A stretch of DNA of 64,000 nucleotides. Source: Eledone cirrhosa. Taxonomy: Eukaryota. Shown here in pieces: positions 13,404-28,021 of this stretch. Below the pieces are notes generated by a model that ran no database searches, was not told the origin of the DNA, and was given only the letters and a program-made list of their open reading frames with translations. The stretch covers positions 348,750,001 through 348,814,000 of the forward strand of contig OZ024740.1 in NCBI GenBank assembly GCA_964016885.1, given 5' to 3'. The stretch's first letter is position 1. Every line of letters starts with the position of its first letter. The position numbers and the translations under genes are program-made.

Positions 13404-15310
13404 TAAATACATAGATATATTTCTTTATTAGCCACAAGGGCGCACAAGAAAAGGGGACAATACAAAGACATGCCGGGGATTTTACACTCAGTCGTGTAAA
13501 AAATATAAAAACAAACAATTACAACAATCGAAATCCCGAATAGGGGGGAGGCGTCACAAATGGGTTGTTTAATACCCCGTCGATAGAACAACCCTCAACT
13601 CCAGGAGCGTGTTGTGCAAGTGCTCCTTTCTTCCTTTTGCTCTCTTCCTCAACCTACAGGCTTATAAACAGAGAAGGCACAATCACTCGGGCCATTTTCG
13701 CTTCATTCACCCACCTTTCAGTAAATTTACTGGGGTGCCGTGCCTCTCTCTCCACCCTGATTCTCCTTCTAAAGTGATACTTAAAGAAGGGAATCAATTG
13801 TTGTCCGGAGAGAAAGGCATCTGTCCTCAGTCCTCTCAACCTCGTCCACTATATAACTTCTTTCACCATAGCCACCGTACAGAGGAAAACCACCTCTCTT
13901 TCGTTTTTAAAAGAGGCTGGTGGTTTGATACTTACTATGGACTCGGCAGTCAACTGGATTTGTCCCATACGCGACAGCAGTTGTTCTGCATAGTTCCACA
14001 GGTCGGTTACGCCCGGGCAGTGTACAATTGCGTGCAGGACTGTTTCAATGGACACGTCCTCTTGGAAGGATATCTGTCGGGGCGTCCGTGCCTGTAGATC
14101 TTGTCACGAACCGGTAGAGCTCCTCGGTAGCATTGCCAGGCCATGGACCTCTGGAAGTTGTCCATAGGTCCCGGGCGGAAAGTCCTACCAAACAGACTGG
14201 TGAGCTCATCGTCTTCGACGCCCAGAGTCTCTCAGAGTACGTCGTCGCTCTTGTAACGTACAATCCCTCTATAGAATGTTGAAGTGGAGTCTCCGCTGAT
14301 TGCTGCGCCCGTTTGCCAGAGGACTGTGAGCGCCTGAGCGCATTCAATGTGCCAGGCGCCCATCGTTTTCGGTCTTTTCTTCACCCAGGACTGCAGCTCC
14401 GTCAGCGAGACGAGCTGTTGGAAAGCCTGTCTCACAAACGGTGCCCACACCGGTTGGGGGTCGGTGAGGAATACCTGGAGATGCCGCAGCCTCAGCGCAT
14501 GTTTGCGCATCATCAGCCACGGCATTCCCAGCCCTCCGTTGGAAGGGTGCTGACAGCAGATGGATCTCCTCACCAGCGGAGCCTGCTTCTTCCACAGAAA
14601 CTGGAAGAGCATGCGTTCCATCTTGGCGAGGTGTTCACGGGGACAAGGCACGACAGTCAAGCGGTAGTAGATGACGGACGCTATGAAAGTGTTCGCCTCC
14701 TCCGCTCGAACTTTCAAGGACAGTTTGCACTCTGCCCACTTCTGGGTGAGTGAAAACACCTTGGCCGTGACCTCGTTACACCATTACCGTCACGTCGTTG
14801 GCATAAGCCGACGCCGCTTTGCACAGTCCCGGTTCTAGAGGGATGCCCTGCAACAGCTCCAATTTCCGCAGTAGTGGCTCTAGAGTCAATACATACAGAA
14901 TGGAGGAGAGAGGGCACCCTGTCGAATGGAACGCGTGATTGCGAACGGCTCCGATAGGTAGCCGTTCACCTTGACTCTCGAGCAGATGCTGGTGTGCATC
15001 GCCTTGATCCATCCTCTGAACACGGGACCGAGACCGGCCGCATTCAGAACCGCTTCCAAGTATCGATGGTCGACCCTATCGAATGCCTTAGACTGATCCA
15101 AGTTGATCAGAGCCCCACCGAAGCCGGGTTTACTACCCACCTTCTCTATGATGTATCGCATGAGGTGGAGGTTGTCGTGTATGCACACGTTTGCTCTGTC
15201 CCTACTAGGTTCTCGACGACAAGCGCCAATCTCGTCGCTAGCACCTTGGCCAAAATCTTTAACTCTGTGTTGAGCAGAGTTATGGGCCTGAAGTTGTTAA
15301 TTTCGTCCCC
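13403..15310 (-). mobile_element. L1-Tx1 LINE, 5'-truncated and internally deleted, 3' end in (TC)n
   Basis: NFRPITLLNTELKILAK; INLDQSKAFDRVDH; SAYANDVTV; zf-RVT ETVLHAIVHC. Homologous to the 22048-27970 element. Confidence 0.9.
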
Positions 15311-15473
15311 TACAGATAGATACATAGATAGATATAGATATATAAAAACAATATATCAAGGCTAAATAGCGAGTCTTGTTACTTTGGTATTTCGCCTGTT
15401 TATCCCTGTGATAAGCAGACAGGCGAAACGCTACTTTGGTATTGAGTACTCCTTTCTTTCAACCGTCAACCAC

Positions 15474-15541
<68 letters not shown>

Positions 15542-15546
15542 TTATC

Positions 15547-16070
15547 TAGTAAGGATCAAACCACCAGCCTCTTTCAAAAACGAAAGAGAGGCGGTTTTCC
15601 TCTGTACGGTGGCTATGGTGAAGAGGTTATATGGTGGACGAGATTGAGAGGACTGAGGACAGATGCTTTTCTTTCGGGACAACAATTGATTCCCTTCTTT
15701 AAGTACCACTTTAGAAGAAGAATCAGAGTGAAGAGAGAGGCACTGCACCCCAGTAAATTTACTGAAAGGTGCGTGAATGAAGCGAAAATGGCCCGAGTGC
15801 TTGGGCCTTCTCTGTTTATAAGCCTGTAGATTAAAGAAGAGAGGAAAAGGAAGAAGGGAGCACTTGCACAACACGTTCCTGAAGTTGAGGGTTGTTCTAT
15901 CGACGGGGTATTAAACAACCCATTTGTGGCGTCTCCCCCCTATTGGGGATTTCGATTGTTATAATTGTTTGTTCTATATTATTATTATTATTGTATGTAA
16001 AATCCCCGGCATGTGTCTTTGTATTGTCCCCTTTTCTTGTGCGCCCTTGTGGCAAATAAAGAAATATTTT

Positions 16071-16075
<5 letters not shown>
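15547..16075 (+). mobile_element. L1-Tx1 3' fragment, inverted relative to 13403-13935
   Basis: RIKPPASFKNEREAVFLCTVAMVK and 3' UTR, ending aataaagaaatatttttattt then (TC)n(TA)n. Confidence 0.9.
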
Positions 16076-16150
<75 letters not shown>

Positions 16151-16154
<4 letters not shown>

Positions 16155-16324
16155 TAAAAACCAGGTGGACCATAACCCACCAGAGTACTTGATACTTGGG
16201 GCAGTAGAGTGAGTAATATGAAGAGATTCAACCCCGACGGCTTAGGTTCAACAGTTAGATCCGAACTCAATTTGAATCTAACTGTCGAAACAGCCGAACC
16301 TCACCCGTCGGGGTCCTGAATCTG

Positions 16325-16330
<6 letters not shown>
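16151..16330 (-). mobile_element. Short fold-back element with a half hammerhead, copy 1
   Basis: gtggaccataac.ca.cagagtact.gatactt.gggcagtag is shared with 35594-35735 and 56401-56543. Ends in an inverted duplication and is flanked by (TA)n. Confidence 0.7.
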
Positions 16331-16359
<29 letters not shown>

Positions 16360-16445
16360 CCCCTTCCTGCTATATCAAGCGTTAACCTAATATATCCCTT
16401 CCATATACTGTACCGATTGTGTTGTTATTTCTGTTTACCTTTTAC

Positions 16446-16503
<58 letters not shown>

Positions 16504-17030
16504 TATTGCGCCTATATTATTGTACAATCACGCATATGTGGGTACTCTTGTCCTTACTCTTATTACTGGTCCTAATGAAAATTCTTAATTTTAGCACTTT
16601 GGTTATTGTCAGATAATAAGATTAATAATTTTCTGTATTAATCAATATTTAAATATATGTACTTCAGCTCCTAACATTAAATTTTAGTAGCGCTGATTCA
16701 TTTTAGACAAAACGTACTGTTATTTCTAACATTCCCGTTTTAGTACGTTCCTCACCATGTGGCTTCAAATCCTCTTTTGAATCTGTGGTGAATTGTCGTT
16801 TATAATGACTTTAGTAAGATGAATTTCTTCTGATGATAGATTGTTTCATCTTATGGTTCCTTCTATTGCTCTTACACTCATGAAACAGCCCTATAGGAAT
16901 ATGAAAATTTCGTAGTTTTACCATATTTAAGTAAGTTTTTTTTAATTGCTATCCTATTTGGAAATAATCGAATTTTTTACAAACTATGTAAGATTTTTTA
17001 TTTGCTATCTGATTTTTCTTTGGCAATCCA

Positions 17031-18853
<1,823 letters not shown>

Positions 18854-20945
18854 AGGATAAATCTCCGAGGATAAATCTCAAGGATCACAAAAACAATTTT
18901 CGCACTGAACTACCTGTTAGATTAATCGCCCCCCTCTAAATCTGATCTGGGGGTTGTTAGTAAAGCCATCTTGGATAGAATTATCCCACAGGTTCGTTCT
19001 AATTGCTCTTCTTTGAACCTAAATTTATGGGTTGGTACTTCTGAAATGATTGGCTGGTTCAACAAATTGGATAATAAAAACAAACTAACATTTATTCAAT
19101 TTGATATTGCCAGCTACTATTCCTCCATTTCGCCTTCACTTCTCAATAATGCTCTATCTTTCGCACTTAAATATTCTGACATCACCACAGATGAACTTCA
19201 CATCATCCTCACCGCGCGTAAAACCATCCTAGAGTTCAACAACGAATATTGGACCAGAGCCGATACCTCTAACAACTTCGACATCACAATGGGAGCATCC
19301 GATTCATCCCAATTGACTGATTTAATTGGTATCTTTATTTTGAACTCTTTGAGTCGGAAAATTCCTCAACTTCGCGGTGGAATTTATCGTGACGATGGAC
19401 TCTTTACTATCTTAAATTGCAATATAGTTAACCTTAATATTATTAAGAACAATATACGTAATCTCTTTAACCAACATAACCTAACAATTGAATTTGATAA
19501 CAGTATCAAACTAGCTAATTTCTTGGATGTATCTCTTAATCTTGACACTGGCCTATATTACCCTTACCATAAAAACAATGAGAACCTAAATTATGTTAAC
19601 TTTAAAACTAACCATCCTACTAATATCAAGAATGCTATAGTTAGTAATATTGGAAAAAGAATATCTAACCTATCTTCTAATAAAAACATCTTTGATGCTA
19701 ACGCCAATTACTATAATAACGCACTTTCTAAAGCCGGCTATCCTGATAAAATCAAATATAGTAAAGAAACAAATTCTAGAAGAACTTACAGTAGAATAAT
19801 TAATCATGATCATTCCAATAACTTTAATAAAAGACCTAGATACAAAAACATAATCTGGTATAATGCTCCTTTCTCCATCTCTATTAATAACAATATTCCT
19901 AAATTATTCTTTAGTGCCTTAAATAAATGCTTCCCTCCCTCACATATCTATAGTAAAATATTTAACAAACACACCATAAAATGTTCCTATTCTACATCCT
20001 CCAATATTTCCAACATTATCTCTAAACACAACAATAAAATACTAAATACTAAATCTCTTCCTTCCAACACTGAATTTCATAATAATAGTAATAGTACTCC
20101 CGACGTCATTGTAAACCCTAGGCTAATTTCTGCAAACCCAAATACAACGTCAAACACAACTTCGCTAAATGTTCATAATCCAACTCTAAATCAAGAAACT
20201 ATTATTCCTATCGCAAACAACTTCTCCAATCCAATTCCTTATAGATAACACTAGGTCACTCATTAATAATCTCTCTAATTGCAATTGCAATTGCCCTATT
20301 AAAAATAAATGTCCTCTCAACAACCATTGTCTTGATAAAAACTTAATTTATGAATGTAAAGTTATAACTAACACCAATTCCTTCACCTATTTTGGCTCCA
20401 CTTCCACCTCTTTTAAAGCTCGTCTCTGTAATCATCATTCATCTTTTAAATACAAACTTAAAAGAACCAACACGGCTCTCTCAGAACTCATATGGTCCTT
20501 GAAAGACAAAAACATTAAATATACCATCTTTTGGAAGAAGGTTTCTTCTGCGTCCTCATACTTGAACAGCTCTCTATCTAAAATCTGCAATCTCTGCCTA
20601 AATGAAAAATTTACCATTATCTCTAATCTAGATTCTATAATAAATAGACGAACTGATTTGTTTTCTATCTGCTTGCATAAATTCCATAAAACATTTCACA
20701 AAGTATACAGCTAATATTCAATTCTTTATCAATTTAGAATCTTTTTCTCAAAGGCACATATACATACACCTCTTTTAAAATATACCCATCTTCCTACCTT
20801 ATTTTAAAGGGTGATAGAGAGAGATAGTTTATATAACTGAGAAAGATATATTGTTTTACATAGGACGGTTGAAAACCGTTGGAAGATAATGTATAAATTA
20901 AAAGGACCATCAGTTCCTTGTTGGCCCTCCTGACGAGCACGAAGT
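18854..20945 (+). mobile_element. Penelope-like element (Nematis-like), 5'-truncated
   Basis: RT + GIY-YIG ORF remnants 18860-20714, then a short 3' region. Confidence 0.9.
18860..20714 (+). pseudogene. PLE RT-GIY-YIG ORF (stops/frameshift)
   Basis: LKDHKNNF; FIQFDIASYYSSI; FDITMGASDS; GGIYRDDGL; NFLDVSL; CNCNCP..CPL..CL; TYFGST; CNLCLNEK. Confidence 0.92.
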
Positions 20946-21089
20946 TTTGTATGTTTTGTTGGTGTGATTTTATTTGTTTCGTGGCTGTGGTGGTGATGGT
21001 TTTGGTGGTGTTGTTTCGGTTGTATCTGTGTTTGTTATGAGTGCGGTGTCTGTGGTTTCAGATGTTTGTGTGTATATTTGTTCTTGCGT

Positions 21090-21700
21090 ATATTTTAGGG
21101 TTTGTTTTTCTTTTTGTTCCTTTCTTTAATTCGTCAAAGTGACATTATTGAAAAGATGACATTGAAAAACTGAGAGGGACAATTCTTTTAAAAAAGAGTT
21201 TTAGAATGTATATAAAGTATATAAAGTATTACCTTTTTCGATGTATTTGTAAAATTCATCCTATCAAATGTTGAGTATTACAATTAAAAAGAATTAATAA
21301 GAATTAAAAACTGAAAATTAAAGATTTAAAATTAAGTGTTGGAGTAAGTTTTTTCCTTCTGAGTAAGGAAGATGGGAAAAAAAACTTACTCCAACACTAA
21401 TTTTAAATCTTTAATTTTCTGTTTTTAATTCTGATTAATTCTTTTTAATTGTAATACTCAACATTTGATAGGATGAATTTTACAAATACATCGAAACTTT
21501 ATATACTTTATATACATTATAAAGCTTTTTTTAAAAAGAATTGTCCCTCTTATTTTTTCAATAATGTCACTTTGAAGAATCAACGAAAGGAAAAAAAAAA
21601 AAAGAAAAACAGACCCTAAAATACATTTTCCGTGCTATTTCCAACTTCACCTTTACTCTATATCCACTGTTTTGTATAGAACCTGACGTCCCTTTTCTAA
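21090..21700. repeat. AT-rich repeat family, two copies as an inverted pair
   Basis: About 21090-21355 mirrors about 21378-21630, with the apex near 21355-21378. Confidence 0.85.
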
Positions 21701-22316
21701 TATATATATATATATGTAGGAGGTGAGTTTTATTGTAGTACAATAAAGCACTGCAGATATCGGATAAGAAGCACTCTACAGTTTGTAGGACTGGAGTATA
21801 CATAATATATAAGAACAAAAGATGGTTAAAGGAGTTCCATGTATTTTATTATGCGCATTTCAAAAACAAACATCATCATGCAATAATATTTGTGTTTTCA
21901 TCAGATAAAACAGGAGGACATGATATGAAGGCTAAAAAACACTTGTGGATAGTGCAGTTTTAAAACAAGAAATATTTAACAACAAATAATTTTAACAGGC
22001 AAATAAAGCGACTTACTGTGAGCGAGCAAAATACGTCCGCTTAGACCAATAATAATAATAATAATAATGCTTTCTTTATTAACCACAAGGGTTTACATAA
22101 AGTAGACATTAAGGACAGTACAGGACAATACAGGACGGTACAAATGGGAATTTCTGCGTGTAAAAAAAAACAGAGGATATAATAAAAAAATAACAATGAA
22201 AAATTCCCCAATAGGGGGGAGACTTCCGAGGGACATTTGTGGAGAAAGCCCATTAAAAGGCCACAGTGACCCTGACCACCAGGGCAAGTGCCCTCTCTCA
22301 GTTTTCCACCTTTAAT

Positions 22317-25300
22317 TTACAGACACATACTCAGAGTAGGCCCATTCACTCGGACCATACTTGCTTCTCTCACCCATCTTTCAACAAAATGCTGGGAAGA
22401 GAGCACTTCCCTCTCTACCCTGATTTTCCTTTTCAAATGAAATTTGAAGAAGTTAATCAGGGCATCACCGAAGAGGTAAGTGCTCGTCTTCAGCCCTTTC
22501 AAACGCGTCCACCATACTATCTCTTTCGCTATGGCCACCAGACAGATAAAAACTGCCTACCCTTCCCGGCTAAAGTAAGAGGGCGGTGTATTCTCACGAT
22601 GGACTCAGCTGATAGCTGAATCCGTCCTACACGTGACAGCAGGTGTTCGACATAAACCCACAAGTCAGCAATGCTCGGACACTGGACGAGTGCGTGCAGG
22701 ACGGTTTCGTCGCCCTGCTCGCATCTTGGACATGCCCGGCTAACGGCACCTCCATGCCTGTAGAGTTTATCCCGAACAGGCAAAGCTTCTCGGTAGCACT
22801 GCCAGGTCAGGGATTTCTGGAAGTTGTCCATAGGCCCCGGCCCGAAAGTCCTTCCGACTTGGCTAGTTGATTTTCGTCGACGCCTAGAGTTTCTTCAAGT
22901 ACGTCGTCGCTCTTCCCCTCCACTAATCCTCTATAGAAAGCCAAGGTGGAGTTTCCACCGATCACATTGCTCGATTGGTCCAGGGCTGTGAGCGCCTGAA
23001 GACATTCCAGTTTCCAAGCACTCGCTCTCGGTCTTCGCTTGACCCAGGACTGCAGCTCCGTCAAGGAGACGAGCTGGGGAAAGACGTGTCTAGCAAACGG
23101 CGACCACACCTGATCACCGTCGAGGAAGAGGTGGAGATGTCGTAGCCTGAGCGCGTGTCTGCGCATCATCAGCCACGGCATGCCCAGCCCTCCACGTAGG
23201 AGGTGTTGACAGCAGATGGACCGCCTGACCATCGGAGCGCGTTCCTTACACAAAAAGCGAAAGAGCAAACGCTCCAGCGCAGTCAGGCGGGTCTTAGGAC
23301 AAGGTACGACGGTCAGGCGGTAATAGATGACGGAAGCGATGTACGCGTTAGCCACCTCCGCTCGACCTTTCAGGGATAGCTTCCTCTCCGCCCATTTCTG
23401 GGTGAGAGAAGCCACCCTGCTCGTCACCTCGTCCCAGTTTTTGTCCGTCTGGAGGTCCGGACCGAACCAGACCCCTAGCAATTTAACCGGTCCGTCCGTC
23501 CAGCGCCCGACGACGCTGTTGGACGGCATGGATCTGCCTCTCCAGGTGCCGTGCTGCAGGCCCACTGACTTTTCCTGGTTGATCATTGCTCCTGTCACCG
23601 CTTCGTATTCTCTTAGTGTAGTGCCGATCGCCTCGATGTGTTTGGCGTTCGACACCACTACGGTGACATCGTCCGCATATGCTGACACGGATCTTCCGCA
23701 TCCTAGTTCACGCGGGAACCCCTTCAACGTCTCCAGTTTGTGCAGTAATGGCTCGCGAGTCAATACGTACAAGAGGGACGAGAGGGGACATCCTTGGCGG
23801 ACCGAGCGCATGATGTTGAACGGTTCCGAAAGATGACCGTTCACTCTCACCACAGAGCAGATGTCGCTGTGCATGGCAGCGATCCAGCCTCTGAAGACGG
23901 GCCCAAAGCCAGCCGCCCTCAGGACTGCCGCTAGATAACGATGGTCGACCCTATCGAAAGCTTTCGACTGATCTAAATTGATCAAGGACCCACCCGTTCC
24001 AGGTTCCCTAGCTACCCTTTCTACGATGTATCGCATGAGGTGGAGGTTGTCGTCGATGGATCTGTCTGGAATGGCGCACGTCTGCGCCTCTCCCACCAGA
24101 CCACCAACGACAAGCGCCAACCTCTTTGCTAGCACCTTGGCCAAAATCTTGAACTCTGTGTTTAGCAGAGTTATGGGCCTGAAATTATCTATATTATCCC
24201 CCTTGTTCAGATCCTTTCTCAGCAGCGCCACAGCTCCTCGGCTGATAGAGCTGGGAATTCTCCCGTTCTGTTGCCAGTTGCAGTAGACATCCGCCAAGAG
24301 GCCTCCGAACAAGTCTGGCATCTGTACGTAAAGTTCATAGGGGAGACCATCCAAACCAGGCGATTTACCCCTTGTGCAGCCAGTCATTGCCTCCCTTACT
24401 TCAGCGGCTGTTATCGGCTTTTCGCAACACTCCGCCTCAGTGGCCGAGAGACGCGGCAGTCCGTCGAGATAGACACTAAAGTCCATCCCTCGATTCGGCC
24501 CGCCGCTGCCCCCGAACAGCTGTGCGAAGTGCCGCTGAAAAGCTTCACACATTTGCCCGGGATCGAGTACCATGCGTCCGTCGTGGTCCACCAAAGACCG
24601 GATCGTGGCTTTGTTGCCACGACGCGCCTCCGCCACTCGGGCCCATTGAACGGCTTTCGTCCCCTCGTGTCTGAGAGCACGCACCCTAGCTCTGACAACG
24701 CAGCCTTCGTGCTTTGCATTGAAGAATTGGTCAAGGGCCAATTTCGCCGCAAGTACGTCGGTCGCGATGCCTTTGCTAAGCGCCTCGTCTAATTTTCTAA
24801 CTAATTCTCCCTCTGCTCTATTTTTCTCTATTGCTGAAGTCTTACTAAACTTAATGGACTCTACTCTAATTGCTCTTTTCAGAGCAAACCACCACTTGTT
24901 GTTGACGATGGCCCCCGTCAACGCCCGCTTAACTAGTTCGCTAATCCGGTCTCTGTAGGCCTTGGGCGCTGGTAAGGACGCGTTTAGCTTCCAGTATCCG
25001 GGTCCTCCTCTATGAAGCCTAAGTCAAGCACACAGATCACGAATTTGTGGTCCGTGTAGCTGACTATCTTGAATTGTGGACAGCCTATGCTAGTCTTATC
25101 TATTTCCCTACAAAATACTCTATCTAGATATGATCTGGATGACCCTACGCGATTTGTCCAAGTCCACATTGGCACATTCGGGAAATACAATCGGTACCTG
25201 TCAGACAGTTCAAAACGCCTAAGCAGGTTTAGTGAGACTCTTGCACCCTCCTTTCCTATCCACTAATCCCACACAGTCCCAGCGTGCATCTAAGATCCCG

Positions 25301-25735
25301 TTCCAGTCGCCCACTAACACTAAAGAGCGGGACGTTCCAAGAAAGGTCTCCAGACGCCGGAAGAAATCAGGCCGCCCTGCTCCTGTCGGGGCATAGACGG
25401 CCACTAACCTGAAAGCTTGCCCGTCTCCGCTGGTCACGTCCAGCACCACCAACTTACCTTCCGGGTCCAGGAAGATGGCCCGTATGGCAAGATCCAAACC
25501 TCTCCGAAAAAGCACAGCAACTCCTCCCCCCCCCCCCCGATCCCGTACGGCTGGGAGATGCGTACACATCGTAGGCGCCGAAGATCGGTGCGAAGGCCCG
25601 TGCTTCGGAGATTCTGGTCTCGCTGATGGCCACTACATCTATGTTTAGTGACCTGAGGTCGTTGAGCAGGTGGACCTGCTTCCATGACGACCCCAAGCCA
25701 CGCGCATTTATGCTGCCTATTCTGAGTGAGGTCAT
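22317..25735 (-). pseudogene. Tx1 ORF2 (APE endonuclease, RT, zf-RVT) with frameshifts
   Basis: IGSINARGL, ISET, VAVYAP, LVGDWN, YLDRVF, YTDHK; KSPGLDGLP, FRPITLLN, DQSKAFD, VRQGCPLS, AYADDV; CPRCEQGDETVLHALVQC. Confidence 0.95.
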
Positions 25736-25769
25736 GTTGAAATGGAGTGGAAAAGATGGGAAAGACCAC

Positions 25770-27755
25770 TTACCTTACATCTCGTAGAGGAAGGATGGTT
25801 TGTCCATCCTTTTCACTGCTTGTGGCCTCCTCCGGAAGGATGTCCTTATAAATCCTCCTGGAGAGTGTTTGTCGGAAGTCTCCGATATCTTTGGGGAATT
25901 TTTGTTTTAGTGTCGTGTACGTTTTCTGTGTGATACGAGTGATTTGTATGTGTGGAGGTGGTGTGAACTTTTGGTTGTTGTGTAGTCTTTTCCTGTGATG
26001 CTGGTGTTGTGTTGGATGTAGTGTAATAATTGGTTGTTGTTCAAATTTAATTGTCTCTACTTTAGGCAAAGGCCAGCAATTACCCAGTGCATGTTCAAAT
26101 TTAAAGCTGTGAAGTGTATATCGTTTTGGTTGTTTTGTTTTGTTTGCGTTTGTTGTGGGTTTGTTTCTGTTACGCTTTTTGGTGACGTTTGTGGTGTTGG
26201 TGATGGTGGTGTTGGGGTTAATGATGCTGATAGTGATGGTGTTGGTGTTTGTGGTGATGGGGTTGGTGATGCTGGTGTGGATGGTGGCAAATCTGTCCTA
26301 ATTTTTTTGTTTGATAGTTTATTTGTTTCCCTCTGTATTTTGTTTTTGGAGGGGAAAGGAAGAGAATTTTTTCTTTTTTGGTTTCTTTTTTTCTTTTTTC
26401 CTGATACCGTTTGCCACTCCTAGTCGTCACAATCTGTTTCCAGTTGCGATAAGCCGGGAGTGGAAAATCCTCCACAGGCGTTGGTTTTGGTTGTGGCGTG
26501 GTGGATGGTGTAGGCGCTGGTGCTAGTTCTGGCGCGTTGGGTGATGGTGGTGTTGGTTTTACTCCTGTTGCTGCGGTTGTTGCTGTTACAGTTGCTTCTG
26601 CTGTTGCTGCTACAGTTGTTGCTGCCATTTCTGCTGCTGGTGGTGTTGATGGTTGAGTCACTGGGGTGGGTAAGAGAGGTGGCCTCAACCTTTTAGCCTG
26701 AGGGCAGAAAGCCCTTAGGTGCGTTCCTTCACCACAAACGACACACCTAGGCCCTCTGCCCTCGACAATTATGGTGAGGTGGCTGCCTCAGTGAGGTCTA
26801 TCACCTCTGGGATCTCCTCAATGCTTTTGTGGTCCGCTTGGATCAGGAGGTCCATCCGAGATCCGGACCAGTTCTCCTGATTTTCTTTCGCTATTTCGAT
26901 TATCTTGGTGTTGGCCTCGATGCCGGCGAGGACGGCAGCTATTAGCCAGGGAATTTCGATGGCGGGTGGAACGTGGGTCACCCTGATCTTCACGAGTCTC
27001 TGGCCACAATAGCTTGGGACGAGTGTGAAGTCGTCACTTCTTAATGGGGCCATGAAGTGTTCTCTGGCCTCCTGTGGTGTTTCAAAGAACACGTCTACTG
27101 TTCCATATTTCTGCCCACGTCTGATGTGGGTTTTTTTTGCCCACACATGTCCCAAAGCTTTTTGGATCTGGGACTCGGATGCTCGTTCCACTCGGCGCGA
27201 TTTTATGTTAATTGTCCGATAAGACACGGTGCATAGGGGACGATGCTCCATTTTATTAGGTGTGTGTGTGGGGGGGGGGGTGACCCTGTACCCATCTTTC
27301 TTTACCATTCTTTTGGCTTCTTCTAATTCCTCCTGAGTTACCTTGATCGCTTCGCACGTTTTTGCTACTCTCGCATAAGACAAGGTAGTTTTCTTAATTT
27401 CATTGTTGTTGTTGTTGTTATCGTTATTTTTGTTATTGTTAATTTTAGTTTCAGTTGTGGTTGTGGTGGCTTCAGTGGTGTTCGGTGTGGAAGAGTTCAT
27501 TTTGGTTGAATTCATTTCGATATCACGAGTTAATTTATTTTTTTCTTTTGTTTCTGTTGTCGTTGTGGTGGTGGGGATGGCGGCTTTAACACCTGCAGTC
27601 ATTGGTAATGGCGGGAAATGAATGTCTGCCTGAGACAAATTTAAAATATTGCTACTGCTTATATTTTTAGTGTTGGCAAACGTAGTAATATTTACAATGG
27701 TGGTGTCGGTGTGAGGTGTTAGTTTGTGAGGAAGGTGTGACTTTGAGTCGGCCAT
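25770..27755 (-). pseudogene. Tx1 ORF1 (gag-like) with CCHC knuckle and Pro/Thr-rich tail, frameshifted
   Basis: 328-aa ORF containing SYARVA. After the frameshift: IVEGRGPRCVVCGEGTHLRAFCP (CX2CX4HX4C) at about 26700-26770. Confidence 0.85.
26051..26091 (-). mobile_element. 41-bp SINE/LINE 3' tail insertion with a 13-bp TSD inside Tx1 ORF1
   Basis: tgttcaaatttaa at 26038-26050 and 26092-26104. The insert matches the SINE tail at about 38611-38650. Confidence 0.85.
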
Positions 27756-27972
27756 GATTTTTCAAAGAAATTTTTTTTTGTTTGATAATTATAAAAAGTT
27801 TAAATTTTGGACTCAAGGGCCCAATCTTTTTGAGTGTCCTTTTCAGAAATCAATGTATGTGCACTTATATACAGTTAACAATAAAAATTTTCCATAAATG
27901 GCAATTTTAAACAACTGAAAATAACAAACCTTTGCGGAGCTTACGATGATACGATTTACTAAGTAGGTCGCC

Positions 27973-28020
<48 letters not shown>

Positions 28021-28021
<1 letters not shown>

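Larger units (their letters stand above)
22048..27970 (-). mobile_element. Full-length L1-Tx1 LINE (about 5.9 kb) inserted at the edge of an (AAT)n tract
   Basis: 5' UTR, ORF1, ORF2 and 3' UTR with aataaa. CC(AAT)n occurs at both ends (22046.. and 27971..), consistent with a target-site duplication. Confidence 0.95.

Noticed and set aside
20925-20990. CUGACGA at the end of the 18854 PLE
   Set aside because: Expected position for a ribozyme, but no GAAA or helix III follows. At best a truncated remnant.
23327-24958. Several plus-strand ORFs of 80-170 aa
   Set aside because: Antisense shadows of the GC-rich Tx1 ORF2.
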